Assembly (NCBI GenBank): GCA_035457705.1
Contig: DATIBD010000103.1
Coordinates: 2,838 to 66,837 of the forward strand
From: Vicinamibacteria bacterium
GTDB lineage: Bacteria; Acidobacteriota; Vicinamibacteria; Marinacidobacterales; SMYC01
Length of the DNA: 64,000 nucleotides
Direction of reading: 5' to 3'
Part shown: piece after piece, positions 35,922 to 49,364 of the stretch
How the letters are laid out: each line of letters starts with the position of its first letter
Numbering within the stretch: position 1 is the stretch's first letter
The notes under the pieces: generated by a model
What the model was told of the DNA's origin: nothing
What the model saw: only the letters and a program-made list of their open reading frames with translations
Database searches by the model: none
Program-made: the position numbers and the translations under genes

Positions 35922-38408
35922 CTAACTGATGATCTCGGCGAAGTCGATGATTCTTTTCCGCAGAGCGAAGAGCACCGTGTCGAGCGCGCTCTCCTTCGAA
36001 TAGCCAAAGCGGCGATTCATGTTGAGGAGGATCTCCTCCGCATACTTTCGCAGCTTCTCGTCGAAGGCGTCATACTTCTGGGGGTTCATGCGCTTCTGGA
36101 AGACGGCGTCGCGCAAGGCCTCCGGATCCACTTCGCCGATCGTCCGCCGGTGAGAGAGCAGCTTCTCGTACTCCTGGCCGAAGCACGTCAGGAAGCTGTC
36201 CCTTCGAGAGCTGACGACCGACTTCCCCTCCTCCAGGGCGAGCTCTCCCGCGTCGTTCATGTCCAGGAAGCGCTCCGCGATCTCGCGGCGGTAAACGTCT
36301 GGGAGAATCCCGGGCGCGAGTATGCGCTCGATCGAGCTCATGTACTTCGGATCGGCCTCATCGACCTTGGCGCCCGTGACGGGATCGAAGTAAGTGAAAC
36401 GGCGGATCATGATATGCGCAAAGGCGCTGTTCTCACGCGCACGCTGCAGCAGGACGTGTTGCAGGTACTTTCGCAGGTCCAACGCGATCTCCTGCGGATC
36501 CCGGTTGACGGTCGCGACGGTGATCTCCCGCCGCACGGTGTCGTGATAGATGGCCTGGGCCACTCTCACCAATCCGGCGAAATCGCCGTAGTCGCCATCC
36601 CCCTCCTCGAATGTCGTTTCGCCTATGGAGCGCGCCAGTGGGCCCTGCCGGTCCTTGCGAAACTTCTCGTCCATGGCGAGCCACCGATGAAGGGCGGGTC
36701 CCTCCGCCAGCGTCTTCTTCAATCGACTGAAGAACGTACCCACGTGGATCCGGAGGCCGTTCGAGTTGGCAATGGTGTCCCGCATCAAGTTCTGGAGCTG
36801 CCGGACGGAGATGCCATGCCGCCCCTCGTAAGGATAGTGCTCGCTCCATAGGGCTCGCATGAAATCGTCGTCGACCAGCTTCAACTGTTCCGCGGTGAAC
36901 ACACTGCAGTGCTCCAGGTTGACGCGACCGGGTTGGCGGGCGATCAAATGCTCGTAGCGGTCGAGCTGGAGAATGTCCAGCCCCAGCCGGATGAGCTCGC
37001 TGCGGAACGGATGCCACTCGGGTAGCTTCTTGATGGTCGCCACCGGGTCTCCCGGCTGGGCCGAATAGATGAAAAGCTTCTGCTCGGGCGTGATGTTGTA
37101 GTACAGGCTCTTTTTGGCGTCGCTCCAGCTCGCCAGAGGCGGCACTTTCGCGGGAGGAAGAAGCCTGCTGAGCACCGAGAAGTAAGTCGCGATTCGCAGC
37201 AGGTTGGGATCAACGTCGTACTTCTCGCGAAGGTTGGCCATATCCCGCTTGAGAATGTCCATCTCCGAGTGGGCGTCGAGAAGATAGTTCACCGATATCT
37301 CCTCGATTCGGTCGAGCAGCTTCGAAGACGTCAGTTGCCGCTCGAGCCGCGTCATCTCTTCGAGATTCGTGGTGGCCAGCACGGTGGTGTCAATGGTGGT
37401 CTGGGTCGATTCGATGGAGGCTTTTCCGCTGCCGAGCAGCATCAGCAGAGGCTTGTAGGCCTCCTCGCTTGCGCCGCGATCGTCCTCACCGCCGAATGCG
37501 TCATGAATGTGGAGAAGGCCTCGGTTCGCCGCCACCATCGCCCCTTCGTACTGAAAAAGATAAGCGCCAGGAAGATGGTCGTTGACCACGGCGCGGTGGT
37601 CCTTTCCCAGATTCACCGGACGGACCACGACTTTCAGCTGACGCATGTCGTCGATATTGGCGATGCCCTTCGCCTGCGCGTTTGAAAAGTCCAGCTCCTC
37701 GACCCGCACGTACTCCTCGAGAATGTCGTACAGAGTCTTTCCCGAGTTTCGCGGGTTCTGCATCAGCTTCTCGATGATGTCGAGACTGCGCTTGTCGACG
37801 CTCGCGTTCTGGTAGAAGGTGGGAAAGACCACGCGGGGCTGAGGGGCTCGCTCGCTGTTGACGAGCTCGAAGAACTCCTGGCGGGGATGGGTCGTCTTGT
37901 CCTCGAGCTGCAGACTCGTGGGCAAGAGGAGAATCGGATTGTGTCGGAACTTGGGCCGGAACTCCACCACTCGACCTTTGTTCTCGAACCGGAAGTAGAA
38001 CGAATAGAGACGAACGTCCGCGTGCTTGGAATACTCTTCGAGAGCGAGGCTGACCAGATCGACGATATTGGTCTTCCCCGACGCCGGAGGCCCCACGAGA
38101 ACGATGCCTCGTTGAGGGCTCGACTCTTTGCCGACCGAATCGATCACGTTGACGATCTGTTTGATGCAGTACTCCTGACCGAAAACGGCGTTGGTCCCCG
38201 AGGAGAAAGGATCCTTGAAAAGGTTGTAGCTCACCGCGGGCTCTCCGCTTCGTACGACGATCTCGAACCCGAAATGATGAATGGCCTCGGCGATGAGCGT
38301 CGAGCTGGTCCGTAGACATCCCTGGGGATCCGCGAGGAAGCATTCGATGAACTCGGAGAACCTGAGGTTGCGAGGTTTGCTTCCACCTAGAAAGTTGCGA
38401 AGGTCCAT
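35922..38408 (-). CDS. PrkA-family AAA+ serine protein kinase (YeaG-like), long paralogue
   Basis: Walker A LVGPPASGKT; PrkA N-terminal AAA domain; conserved C-terminal PrkA region. 828 aa. Last gene of a cluster with spoVR, yeaH and a second prkA. Confidence 0.8.
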   Translation of the reverse strand: MDLRNFLGGSKPRNLRFSEFIECFLADPQGCLRTSSTLIAEAIHHFGFEIVVRSGEPAVSYNLFKDPFSSGTNAVFGQEYCIKQIVNVIDSVGKESSPQRGIVLVGPPASGKTNIVDLVSLALEEYSKHADVRLYSFYFRFENKGRVVEFRPKFRHNPILLLPTSLQLEDKTTHPRQEFFELVNSERAPQPRVVFPTFYQNASVDKRSLDIIEKLMQNPRNSGKTLYDILEEYVRVEELDFSNAQAKGIANIDDMRQLKVVVRPVNLGKDHRAVVNDHLPGAYLFQYEGAMVAANRGLLHIHDAFGGEDDRGASEEAYKPLLMLLGSGKASIESTQTTIDTTVLATTNLEEMTRLERQLTSSKLLDRIEEISVNYLLDAHSEMDILKRDMANLREKYDVDPNLLRIATYFSVLSRLLPPAKVPPLASWSDAKKSLYYNITPEQKLFIYSAQPGDPVATIKKLPEWHPFRSELIRLGLDILQLDRYEHLIARQPGRVNLEHCSVFTAEQLKLVDDDFMRALWSEHYPYEGRHGISVRQLQNLMRDTIANSNGLRIHVGTFFSRLKKTLAEGPALHRWLAMDEKFRKDRQGPLARSIGETTFEEGDGDYGDFAGLVRVAQAIYHDTVRREITVATVNRDPQEIALDLRKYLQHVLLQRARENSAFAHIMIRRFTYFDPVTGAKVDEADPKYMSSIERILAPGILPDVYRREIAERFLDMNDAGELALEEGKSVVSSRRDSFLTCFGQEYEKLLSHRRTIGEVDPEALRDAVFQKRMNPQKYDAFDEKLRKYAEEILLNMNRRFGYSKESALDTVLFALRKRIIDFAEIIS

Positions 38409-38453
38409 GATGTACCCCCCTTTCTTTGCTGGGTAACTCGAGAGACCTGAACT

Positions 38454-40082
38454 TCAGTTTCCTCTCAACGGTTTTTCTCCTTTTCTCATTTTTTCCACGA
38501 CCTCTTCGAACGCGAGCGGCTTTGTTTCTTCGCTCTTGTACTGGGTGCCGGTAACCGAGAACAGCTGATCCCGGGTGAGGAGCGCCACGGGAGACTTCCA
38601 GATCAAGTTCAAGTTTCTGAGAGTCGGCCGAATCCAGTCCTTTCGGAGCGAACGGCCGTCATCGCGGTGGTAGAGCAGAAGGCCGCCGTCCTGAAAGTCG
38701 GTATCGATGACATAGATCCGGGGTCGGTAGAAATGCGTATAGAACCTGAGCATTTCCTCTTTGATCGGCTCGGGCTGGAGCCAGACGTAGTTTTCGTCGC
38801 GCTTGACCACGTCCGCGTCCTTGACGCCGAGCCGGTCCGCAGTTCGGCGGTCGATCCGGTTCAGGTGAAACTCGTGGACCAGCTCCGGCGTCAGAAAACG
38901 CCGGAGGAACTCGTAGTCGGTTACGGTCTCCACTAGATGTCCCATCGCCGAGATGGGATCCACGCCGTTGTGTTTCCAAGAGTGCTTCTTCTCCAGGTCC
39001 TTCTCCTCGCGATAGTCGAGGCTGACCTTGCCATCTCGGTATAGCTGCTCGATGTGACACCAGAGATTGTAGCCAAGGTGGTAGGGGTTTCGCTGGAAGT
39101 AGGGGCGAGGCCGACACACGTTCGAGAATACCCGCGCGTAGTCGATGACACCGTCTACGGCCCTTTCCTTGAACAGCTCGAGCATGATCTTCTTTTCCCA
39201 GTACATGGCCCAACCTTCGTTCATGATCTGGGTTCTCAGTACGAAGTCCTGAGGCAGCTTGGTCACGTACTTGTAATCGAGTATCGCCCGCTCCGAGCCG
39301 CTCGTGGGCGCATGTTCGCGAAGGAATCCGAGGACGTCCTGACAGGGCGCCTTGAGGACGTAGCCCTTGCGACTCAAGGTCTCGAGGCGCCGCTTCTTTC
39401 TGAGCTCGGTTTCGAAAGCGTTCGGTGGACTCGCCCCCTTGAGGAGCTGGGTCAGCGTGTCGAAGATGGGAGCGATCGTCGGCTCCGTCTGGGTGACCCG
39501 GTCGGCGCGGACGTCGAGTCGAATCGCCGTCTCGGTCTCCGTCGAGCGCGAGAGGTTGTACTGGGAGTTCGGCGCGATCAACGGACTCATGGACTCGACC
39601 GCGTTCCAGTATTCGAGATAGTCCCGCTCACCCATCTGCTTACGCGCGCGCTCCACCCTCTTTACCAGGTACATCACATATTCGGTTCTGTTCTCGTTGG
39701 TGTCCCTCAGAACGTTCAGCTCGGAGAACTCGCAGTGTCCCACCACGTGGGCCATGACCGAAGCCTGCGTCACCGAGCTGTTGGAGCTGGCCAGATAGGC
39801 ATAGGAGGGATTCCCGGTCTGCACCACCTCGTAGTAGAGGGACGATTCGAGCCCGGTCTCGATGGCGTGCTTCTTGTGCACCATCCGCTTGCCTTCCCAA
39901 ATGTTGATCGGGCTCGTGGGATAGACCTCCTTTTCCAGGAGCGAAGCGAACTCGAGCCGATCGAGCACGAAGAACCGGATCTCGGGGAGCCGCCGGTCGA
40001 AGCGGTTCGCGTGATCGAGCACGCGCTCTTCGAGTCGCGTCAGCTCTGGATCGATGTGAATGCTACGCACGACGCTCACCAA
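38454..40082 (-). CDS. spoVR: SpoVR/YcgB-family protein
   Basis: Conserved ...SVMAHVVGHCEFSELNV... (compare SpoVR MAHVYGHNDFFKNN) and overall family pattern. Confidence 0.8.
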   Translation of the reverse strand: MVSVVRSIHIDPELTRLEERVLDHANRFDRRLPEIRFFVLDRLEFASLLEKEVYPTSPINIWEGKRMVHKKHAIETGLESSLYYEVVQTGNPSYAYLASSNSSVTQASVMAHVVGHCEFSELNVLRDTNENRTEYVMYLVKRVERARKQMGERDYLEYWNAVESMSPLIAPNSQYNLSRSTETETAIRLDVRADRVTQTEPTIAPIFDTLTQLLKGASPPNAFETELRKKRRLETLSRKGYVLKAPCQDVLGFLREHAPTSGSERAILDYKYVTKLPQDFVLRTQIMNEGWAMYWEKKIMLELFKERAVDGVIDYARVFSNVCRPRPYFQRNPYHLGYNLWCHIEQLYRDGKVSLDYREEKDLEKKHSWKHNGVDPISAMGHLVETVTDYEFLRRFLTPELVHEFHLNRIDRRTADRLGVKDADVVKRDENYVWLQPEPIKEEMLRFYTHFYRPRIYVIDTDFQDGGLLLYHRDDGRSLRKDWIRPTLRNLNLIWKSPVALLTRDQLFSVTGTQYKSEETKPLAFEEVVEKMRKGEKPLRGN

Positions 40083-41130
40083 AGAGACTCTTGATGACCT
40101 CCACGGTCTCGGCGCGCTGGCGAAGGGTTCCCATACGGATGACAGGGTCCTTTTCGAATTGCCTCTTTATCTCGCGATTCAGATAGCTGAACTGGCTGGG
40201 CTTAACCTCCACGATCCCCACCCGATTGAAGCTCGCCTTCATATGCCCGGACAGAATTTCCACGATCTTCTTGGCATCGTCTTCGAAAACCTCTCCGTCA
40301 CCGAAATAGAATGCGTAGAAGTTCGTCGCCGTCGTGTCGTATTCGTTGAAGGCGATCTGGGAGACCAGATCGAATACGATGGCCGCTCGGGTGCCGCCAG
40401 CGTTCGATACTTTGTAGAAGTCCGAGGGCGCCACTTCGTGGGCCTCCACGTCATGGACGAAGAAGCGATGCTCCACGTTTCCCGCACCGTAGTTGAAGTC
40501 GAGCCAGTGGTGGATGAAGTTGACCAGCCGCTTCTCCATCTCCAGACGTTCTCCGTACGTCGAGTAGGAGATATCTCCCATGTAGAAGACCACCGCTTTA
40601 TAGCGCGGCTTTTCGATGCGTTGGGGCACTTTGAACCGCCGGTCCCGCCGCCGCACCTGCACCGAGGTGAGGCCCCGCGTCGGATCGTAGACCCTCAGGC
40701 CGATGCTCGATCGGAGCGCGCGTTTGAACGTGCGGCGTTTGTCGAGAATGACCCCCACCTGGCCGAAGGTCTTGAAGGAATACGAGACCTCCTTGATGCG
40801 GCCATCGCCTTCCTTGACCAGATGGGGCAGTCGCAATCTGTGCCCCACGAGCTCCATGAAACTATGGAACGGTATGCGGAATCGGAGTCTTCCCTTTTCG
40901 CTTCCCGGCCCCTGAGAGCCCGCGCCGCCGCCACCCGAAGCATCGTCTCCGTAAATGAAGGTAGGCGGGACGATGTCGTCCATCTCGATGATGATGTCGC
41001 TTCCCCGGTCGTCGATCCTGTCCATATCACCGCGATTGATGACGTCGTCCAGAATCTCCTCGAGCTGATCCTGTATGAACTCGTTGAAGAGGCCCTCGGA
41101 TTCGTCGGAGGAGATCGTGATGTCGGCCAT
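40063..41130 (-). CDS. yeaH: YeaH/YhbH-family protein (DUF444, UPF0229)
   Basis: N-terminal acidic region; Gly-rich DDASGGGGAGSQGPGSEKG; C-terminal vWA-like segment. Conserved position between prkA and spoVR. Confidence 0.8.
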   Translation of the reverse strand: MADITISSDESEGLFNEFIQDQLEEILDDVINRGDMDRIDDRGSDIIIEMDDIVPPTFIYGDDASGGGGAGSQGPGSEKGRLRFRIPFHSFMELVGHRLRLPHLVKEGDGRIKEVSYSFKTFGQVGVILDKRRTFKRALRSSIGLRVYDPTRGLTSVQVRRRDRRFKVPQRIEKPRYKAVVFYMGDISYSTYGERLEMEKRLVNFIHHWLDFNYGAGNVEHRFFVHDVEAHEVAPSDFYKVSNAGGTRAAIVFDLVSQIAFNEYDTTATNFYAFYFGDGEVFEDDAKKIVEILSGHMKASFNRVGIVEVKPSQFSYLNREIKRQFEKDPVIRMGTLRQRAETVEVIKSLFGERRA

Positions 41131-41149
41131 GGAACTCCTTCGTGGCTCC

Positions 41150-43369
41150 TCAATCGAGAATACTCGTCGAGCTCGCGGTGATCGTCAGAGCCTGAAAGGC
41201 ACACTTGCCGCAATAACCCAAGTTCTCGATGAGGTACCTTACCGTCTCGTTCAACTGCTCCTGTTCCTTGGAATGAACCCCCGCAGCGCTCGAGCCGCTC
41301 TTGATCCAGCCCAGGAGCTTGATGTTCTCGCTCGATTTGAACTCGTTCTCGAAAACGTATCTGCGGATCGCGCTCTGATAGGAGGGCTCGTCCGCCAGCA
41401 GCACCGAGTAGCTGACGCTGGCGATGGCGTCGGACAGCTCCTTGCGAAAGACGTCCTTTTCCGCGATACCGAGATACTGCTCGATCGCTTGCATGAACTT
41501 CTCGTCGGGCTGCACGTCCGCGTGGGTGACCTCGTGCTTGACCTTGGTGTTGTGGACGTATGCTCTCACGTGGTCGGTATATTTCTTCCAGGTGCTCTCG
41601 ACCACCGACTCGTCGCGGAGGACCGAGCCGTACACGTCCGTTGCGATCTGGCTCAGGATCCATTGTTTGGCCTGCGGAAGAATCTTCTCGACGAAATGTC
41701 CCAGCTTCGCCTTGTTGATTGCGAAGGACTCCTTCAGAGCGTTCTCCATCCGCAGGTAGAGGTCCATCGGGGCAACGCAAGGGTTCTTCAGAGCGATGGA
41801 GGTGATCATCGCGGGCACTCCGTCCTCGTTCCGCAGACGGTTGATGTTGGCCTGATACTCGTTGATCTGAAAATGCTCGGTGTTCTCGAAGACGTTCTGA
41901 ATGAAGCGGGGATCGAGTCCGAAAGTGCCCTCCGAGGGCTTGATGAACTCGAACTCATCGAGCACCGTTCGCGCCATGTTGTTGTCCACGCCGCTGTCGG
42001 CCCGGCCGGCGTAGATGAGGGACTTCTGGAGCAGGGTCAGGTTGGGGTTCTGCTTGGACTCGTAGAGCCGCGTCATCGCCGCCACCAGGCTCAGAAACTC
42101 CAACGCGTGAGGGGCCACGTGCGCGAGGTGCTTCTTGCTCGAGCTCCAGCTCCTCTGAGCGTTGGAGTATGTGAACGCGTATATCTGCTCTTCGTCCTTG
42201 AAATTGACCGACAGAGGCATCTCGATGAATGTCGTCCTGGAGCGAAGAGCCTCGAAGGTCTCATTGGCCATGAACATGTTGTACTCGTGAAAATTCGTGT
42301 GGCCGATGATGACTCCGTTGAAAGGAATGGGAGGCTGACCTTCCGGTTTGAAGAATCGGTCCTGTGTCGCGAAGAGAAGCTCGTACAGAAACCGGTCCGA
42401 TAGCTTGAGGATCTCGTGAATCTCGACGAAACCATTAGCCCCGGCGCAGAGCTCGCCCTTGTAGTCGTGAACCAGAGGGTGAGATTCGCTCCCGAAACGT
42501 GGCAATAGACTGTAGTCGATATTTCCCACGAGCGAGCCAGCCTCCTGGCTCTTCTCGTCCCGTGGAGTGTAAGAGCCGATGCCGGTCTTGGTGCGAGCGT
42601 CGTAGACCATGCGCCGAACCTTCAAGAATGGCAATAGCTCGGCGAAGTCGATTCGCTTCGCCCTCATGAACTCCTGCAGAACGAAGTCCGAGAACGGTGA
42701 GATGAGACCGTCGATGGCCATGCGGAACTCGCCATCGTAGTGCGGATGCCTGTCGAGAAAGCCCTTGACCTCATCGCGCTCGACTAGACCGTTCAGCTTG
42801 CCGATGAAAGCCGGCCTCAGGTTCCTCGGGATAACCTGAAGGGGTCGTTCGAAAATCGGCGATTGCAAGTAGTAGATTCCACCCTCTTCGAAAAGAGCCT
42901 TCTCCCGCAGCCGCTCGTCGACGGTAGGCAGTAGCAGCGTGTAGGTCTTGCCTTCATCCGACTGAGAATAGACGTTGAGCGCCGTCTTGATTCCATCCAT
43001 CGAACGCGACTTCGCCGCGCCCGGTGGTCCGAGAAGAATCCACAGGCGCTTCGAAGCCTCCAATCCGCGGCTCGCATTGTCGATCTTCTCGACCAGATTT
43101 TCCTTCGCCTTCTGCTGGCCGAAAACGACGTACAGGCCGACGAGGGCATCGTTCTCGAAGAAGTTGTAGCGATGGCGGATCGGCTTGCCGGGGACGAGCG
43201 TTCGCTCGATACCGCTCGAGAGAAGCATGTCGTGGAGCAGCTGAAATGTGTTGCGCGTCGTCCACGGCTCGCTCTTGACGAGCTCCAGGTACTCGGGGAA
43301 GGAAAGAATCTCGTCCTCCACCGGTCCGGGAGCTGAGCTTCGGACGATTTCCTCGAACTCGGTCAGCAT
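41150..43369 (-). CDS. prkA: PrkA-family AAA+ serine protein kinase (YeaG-like), paralogue 1
   Basis: Walker A LLGPPGAAKS; first gene of the prkA-yeaH-spoVR arrangement. 739 aa. Confidence 0.85.
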   Translation of the reverse strand: MLTEFEEIVRSSAPGPVEDEILSFPEYLELVKSEPWTTRNTFQLLHDMLLSSGIERTLVPGKPIRHRYNFFENDALVGLYVVFGQQKAKENLVEKIDNASRGLEASKRLWILLGPPGAAKSRSMDGIKTALNVYSQSDEGKTYTLLLPTVDERLREKALFEEGGIYYLQSPIFERPLQVIPRNLRPAFIGKLNGLVERDEVKGFLDRHPHYDGEFRMAIDGLISPFSDFVLQEFMRAKRIDFAELLPFLKVRRMVYDARTKTGIGSYTPRDEKSQEAGSLVGNIDYSLLPRFGSESHPLVHDYKGELCAGANGFVEIHEILKLSDRFLYELLFATQDRFFKPEGQPPIPFNGVIIGHTNFHEYNMFMANETFEALRSRTTFIEMPLSVNFKDEEQIYAFTYSNAQRSWSSSKKHLAHVAPHALEFLSLVAAMTRLYESKQNPNLTLLQKSLIYAGRADSGVDNNMARTVLDEFEFIKPSEGTFGLDPRFIQNVFENTEHFQINEYQANINRLRNEDGVPAMITSIALKNPCVAPMDLYLRMENALKESFAINKAKLGHFVEKILPQAKQWILSQIATDVYGSVLRDESVVESTWKKYTDHVRAYVHNTKVKHEVTHADVQPDEKFMQAIEQYLGIAEKDVFRKELSDAIASVSYSVLLADEPSYQSAIRRYVFENEFKSSENIKLLGWIKSGSSAAGVHSKEQEQLNETVRYLIENLGYCGKCAFQALTITASSTSILD

Positions 43370-43635
43370 CGTGTACCTCCAGGGGGCGGAGCGTCTACAT
43401 ACAGTTTAGATCGGGACGCAAAGGATGGCGGCAGCTCTCCCCAACCGTCCGGTCGGTAGGAGCGCGGCATCTAAATCTCCGCAATTCATAAACCTTCTGA
43501 TCCGAAAGTCGTCGAACTGATTGGGTTGTCGGGTCTATGAACTATTGTAACGAAGTGGCGCGTTCGGGGCGAACCCCGGCATGGCCCGCCCGGATCGCGG
43601 AGCGCAGGGAGAACGAGTTTTTCAGCCGAGAAACG

Positions 43636-44934
43636 TCAGAAGCTTCCGCTGACTCCTTTGAAGCCTCTCATGGCCTGCTTCAGACCCCACCAGACGACGC
43701 GTCGGGTGTTGTAGCAGAAGCCAAGTATGTAGTTACAGGTCGACAGGCAGTGCTTGGTGCACTCTTCCTTCATCTCGTCGAGCTGCTGATGATCGAATTT
43801 GTGGTTTCCCACCGTGCCCCAGTCGTGCGAAGCCGAGTACATCGGAAAACAGGGGGCGAGCGTGCCGTCCACGCGAATGATTAGCATGTTGTGGCCCGCG
43901 CGACAGTTCCACCGTTGTTTGACCTCTCCCCGCATGAGGTTCTTCATCTCGTGAAGGTGAGACAGCGGGTTGACGACCCGCTGGCCCCCCTTGTGTCGCT
44001 CGATGATCCAGTCGAGCAAATCGTCGACTTTCCCATAGTCTTGCGGCCGCAGATAGGTCTCGTTCTCGTCATAGTGCTTGAAGTGATCCTGCTCGATCAT
44101 CGGTGCCTCGTTGATGTGAAAGTCGATCGAGATGTTCCGCTCCAGAGCGAGCTCGGTCAGGGCACGGACGTCGTCCATGTTGTTGCGGCAAATGTTGGTG
44201 TTGATCGCCACGGTATAGCCGTAGCGGCGCTGGCGCTCGAGCAGATACTCGAAGTTGGTGCGGATGGGAGCCAGCGCCTTGGGAAGCGACGGTTTGACCT
44301 CGATGCTGTCGATGGCGATATTCACGGTCGCCAGGCCGGCGTCGCCGAGTCGATCGATGACATCGGGACGCATAAGCCGGCCGTTGGTCGGGAGGTAGAC
44401 GAAGAACCCTTTCTTGGCCGCGTAGTCCGTCACCTTATGGACGAAATCGGGCCGGAGCAGCGGTTCTCCTCCCATGAGTGCCAGAACGCGGTTTCCGAGC
44501 GACTCGAGCCAATCCACAGATCGCCGCGCCGTGTCTTCGTTCATCCCCCGGACGGCGTTGTTATAGGCCCAGCAGTAGTGGCAGTCCAGGTTGCACTTAT
44601 AGTCGGTGAACAGGTAGGCGATGATTGGACGAAGCTCTTTGTGATTCTTCAGTGAACGGGACTGGAAATACGGCTTTCCCCAGGCATTCCACGTGCGCTT
44701 CGCGTTCATGCGCTGGTAATCGGTGAGCGTGGGCTCGTTACCGTCCACGTACGCTCTCTGGGGGTAACCCGGCTCGGGCAGGGTGAGCTTTCCCGCGTCG
44801 CCCTTCGAGGCGGGGCCATTGTTCTTGCCGTTCGATCCGTCCATCAGGATCTCGTGCAGCTTGACATCGATACGGTACGGGGCCGCGGACGAGCTCGCAC
44901 TCTCCGCGGGAGCTACTTCAGTAATATCAGACAT
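43636..44934 (-). CDS. radical SAM enzyme with a C-terminal Cys-rich SPASM/twitch-like domain and a ~95-aa N-terminal extension
   Basis: CxxxCxxC cluster in YKCNLDCHYCWA; GGEP motif LMGGEPLL. C-terminal cysteines NCRAG...APCFP...ECTKHCLSTCNYILGFCY. Confidence 0.8.
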   Translation of the reverse strand: MSDITEVAPAESASSSAAPYRIDVKLHEILMDGSNGKNNGPASKGDAGKLTLPEPGYPQRAYVDGNEPTLTDYQRMNAKRTWNAWGKPYFQSRSLKNHKELRPIIAYLFTDYKCNLDCHYCWAYNNAVRGMNEDTARRSVDWLESLGNRVLALMGGEPLLRPDFVHKVTDYAAKKGFFVYLPTNGRLMRPDVIDRLGDAGLATVNIAIDSIEVKPSLPKALAPIRTNFEYLLERQRRYGYTVAINTNICRNNMDDVRALTELALERNISIDFHINEAPMIEQDHFKHYDENETYLRPQDYGKVDDLLDWIIERHKGGQRVVNPLSHLHEMKNLMRGEVKQRWNCRAGHNMLIIRVDGTLAPCFPMYSASHDWGTVGNHKFDHQQLDEMKEECTKHCLSTCNYILGFCYNTRRVVWWGLKQAMRGFKGVSGSF

Positions 44935-45043
44935 TTACGGATCTCCATTTCGTCGCGAACTAAGCAGAAGTCTCCACTCCAAAAAAACGCATTTTAGGAG
45001 AAATTTCCCTCAAAACCAAAACTCTCCTGCTACGATCCTCGAA

Positions 45044-46638
45044 ATGGCCGTGAACATACCCCGGCTCGTCTCCGCCTACTACGAGGAGCGGCCCGACCCG
45101 AGCATGGATTCCCAGCGGGTCGCCTTCGGCACCTCGGGCCATCGAGGCTCCGCATTGTTGCGCAGCTTCAACGAGGACCACATCCTGGCCATGACCCAGG
45201 CGATCTGCGAGTACCGGAAACACCGGGCGATCGAGGGGCCTCTGTTCCTGGGAGCCGATACGCACGCGCTTTCCGAGCCGGCGCGTGCCACGGCGCTCGA
45301 GGTCCTGGCTGGCAATCACGTTGCAGTAATGATCGACGCCGAGCTCGGATTCACCCCGACTCCAGCGATCTCCCACGCCATCCTCGGCTTCAACCACGGC
45401 CGGTCGAGCGGGCTCGCGGATGGGATCGTCATCACTCCTTCGCACAACCCGCCCGAGGACGGCGGGCTCAAGTACAACCCCACCCACGGCGGCCCGGCTG
45501 ATACCGACGTGACCGATTGGATCGAAAAGCGAGCCAACGAGATTCTCTCCGAGGGGCTCTCCGCGGTACAGCGCACGTCCTACGAGCGCGCGATGACCGC
45601 GTCGACGACGCACCGTCACGATTTCGCCTCCGCGTACGTCTCCGATCTCGAAGCGGTCGTCGACATGGACAAGGTGCGCAACGTGCGCCTCGGCGTCCAT
45701 CCGCTGGGAGGCGCGGGGGTGGCTTATTGGGGTCCCATAGCCGAGCGATACCACCTCGATCGGATGGAGATCGTCGACGATCGGGTGGACCCGACGTTCG
45801 CCTTCATGCCGCCCGACTGGGACGGCAAGATTCGCATGGACTGCTCGTCGCCTAGAGCGATGGCGGGGCTCATCGCGCTGAAGGACCGATTCGACGTCGC
45901 CTTCGCCAACGACACCGACAACGACCGCCACGGTATCGTGACGAAGAGCGTGGGGCTTCTGAACCCTAACCACTACCTCGCGGCCGCGGTCTCGTATCTG
46001 TTCTCCCACCGGCCGGGCTGGCGTCCGTCCGCCGCAATCGGAAAGACCCTCGTCACCAGCAGCATCCTCGATCGCATCGCGGCGCATCTCGGCCGGAACC
46101 TCGTCGAGGTTCCGGTCGGCTTCAAATGGTTCGTGCCAGGCCTTCTCGATGGCTCATTGGGCTTCGGCGGAGAAGAAAGCGCCGGCGCGTCATTCCTCCG
46201 TCGCGATGGCACGGTCTGGACTACCGACAAAGATGGGATCGTCCTGGGTCTTCTCGCCGCGGAAATGACGGAGGCGACGGGTCGTGACCCCGGTGAGATC
46301 TACGAGGAGTTGACCCGTGAGCTCGGCGCCCCGGTCTACGAGCGCATCGACTCGAAGGCGACGCCGGCGCAAAAGGCGATTCTCAAGAAGCTCTCCCCCG
46401 ATGCCGTGAGCACTCGAGAACTGGCCGGTGATCCGATTCGACAGATGCTGACCGAAGCCCCAGGCAACGGGGCCGCCATCGGAGGGCTCAAAGTGGTCAC
46501 GGAGCACGGCTGGTTCGCGGCGCGCCCATCCGGCACCGAGGACGTCTACAAGCTGTACGCGGAGAGCTTTCGAGACGAAGCTCACCTGCGCCGCATCCAG
46601 GAAGAGGCTCAGGCGATGCTCCGACACGTCTTCGACCG

Positions 46639-46642
<4 letters not shown>
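45044..46642 (+). CDS. pgm: phosphoglucomutase (alpha-D-glucose phosphate-specific)
   Basis: Near-colinear with E. coli Pgm: FGTSGHRG; TPSHNPPEDGG; DCSS; FANDPD-DRHGIV; GGEESAGASFLR; FAARPSGTED. Confidence 0.9.
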
Positions 46643-49338
<2,696 letters not shown>

Positions 49339-49364
49339 GATCCCCTGCCGGCGAAGGAGAGACA

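Noticed and set aside
44960-46087. 375-aa minus-strand ORF antisense to pgm; similar long antisense ORFs at 47959-49665, 50897-52612, 52730-54139, 10236-11294, 36150-36851 and 41075-42403
   Set aside because: In each case the opposite strand encodes a protein with strong, colinear homology. The antisense ORFs are Arg/Gly/Asp-rich with no motifs, so they are treated as non-coding.
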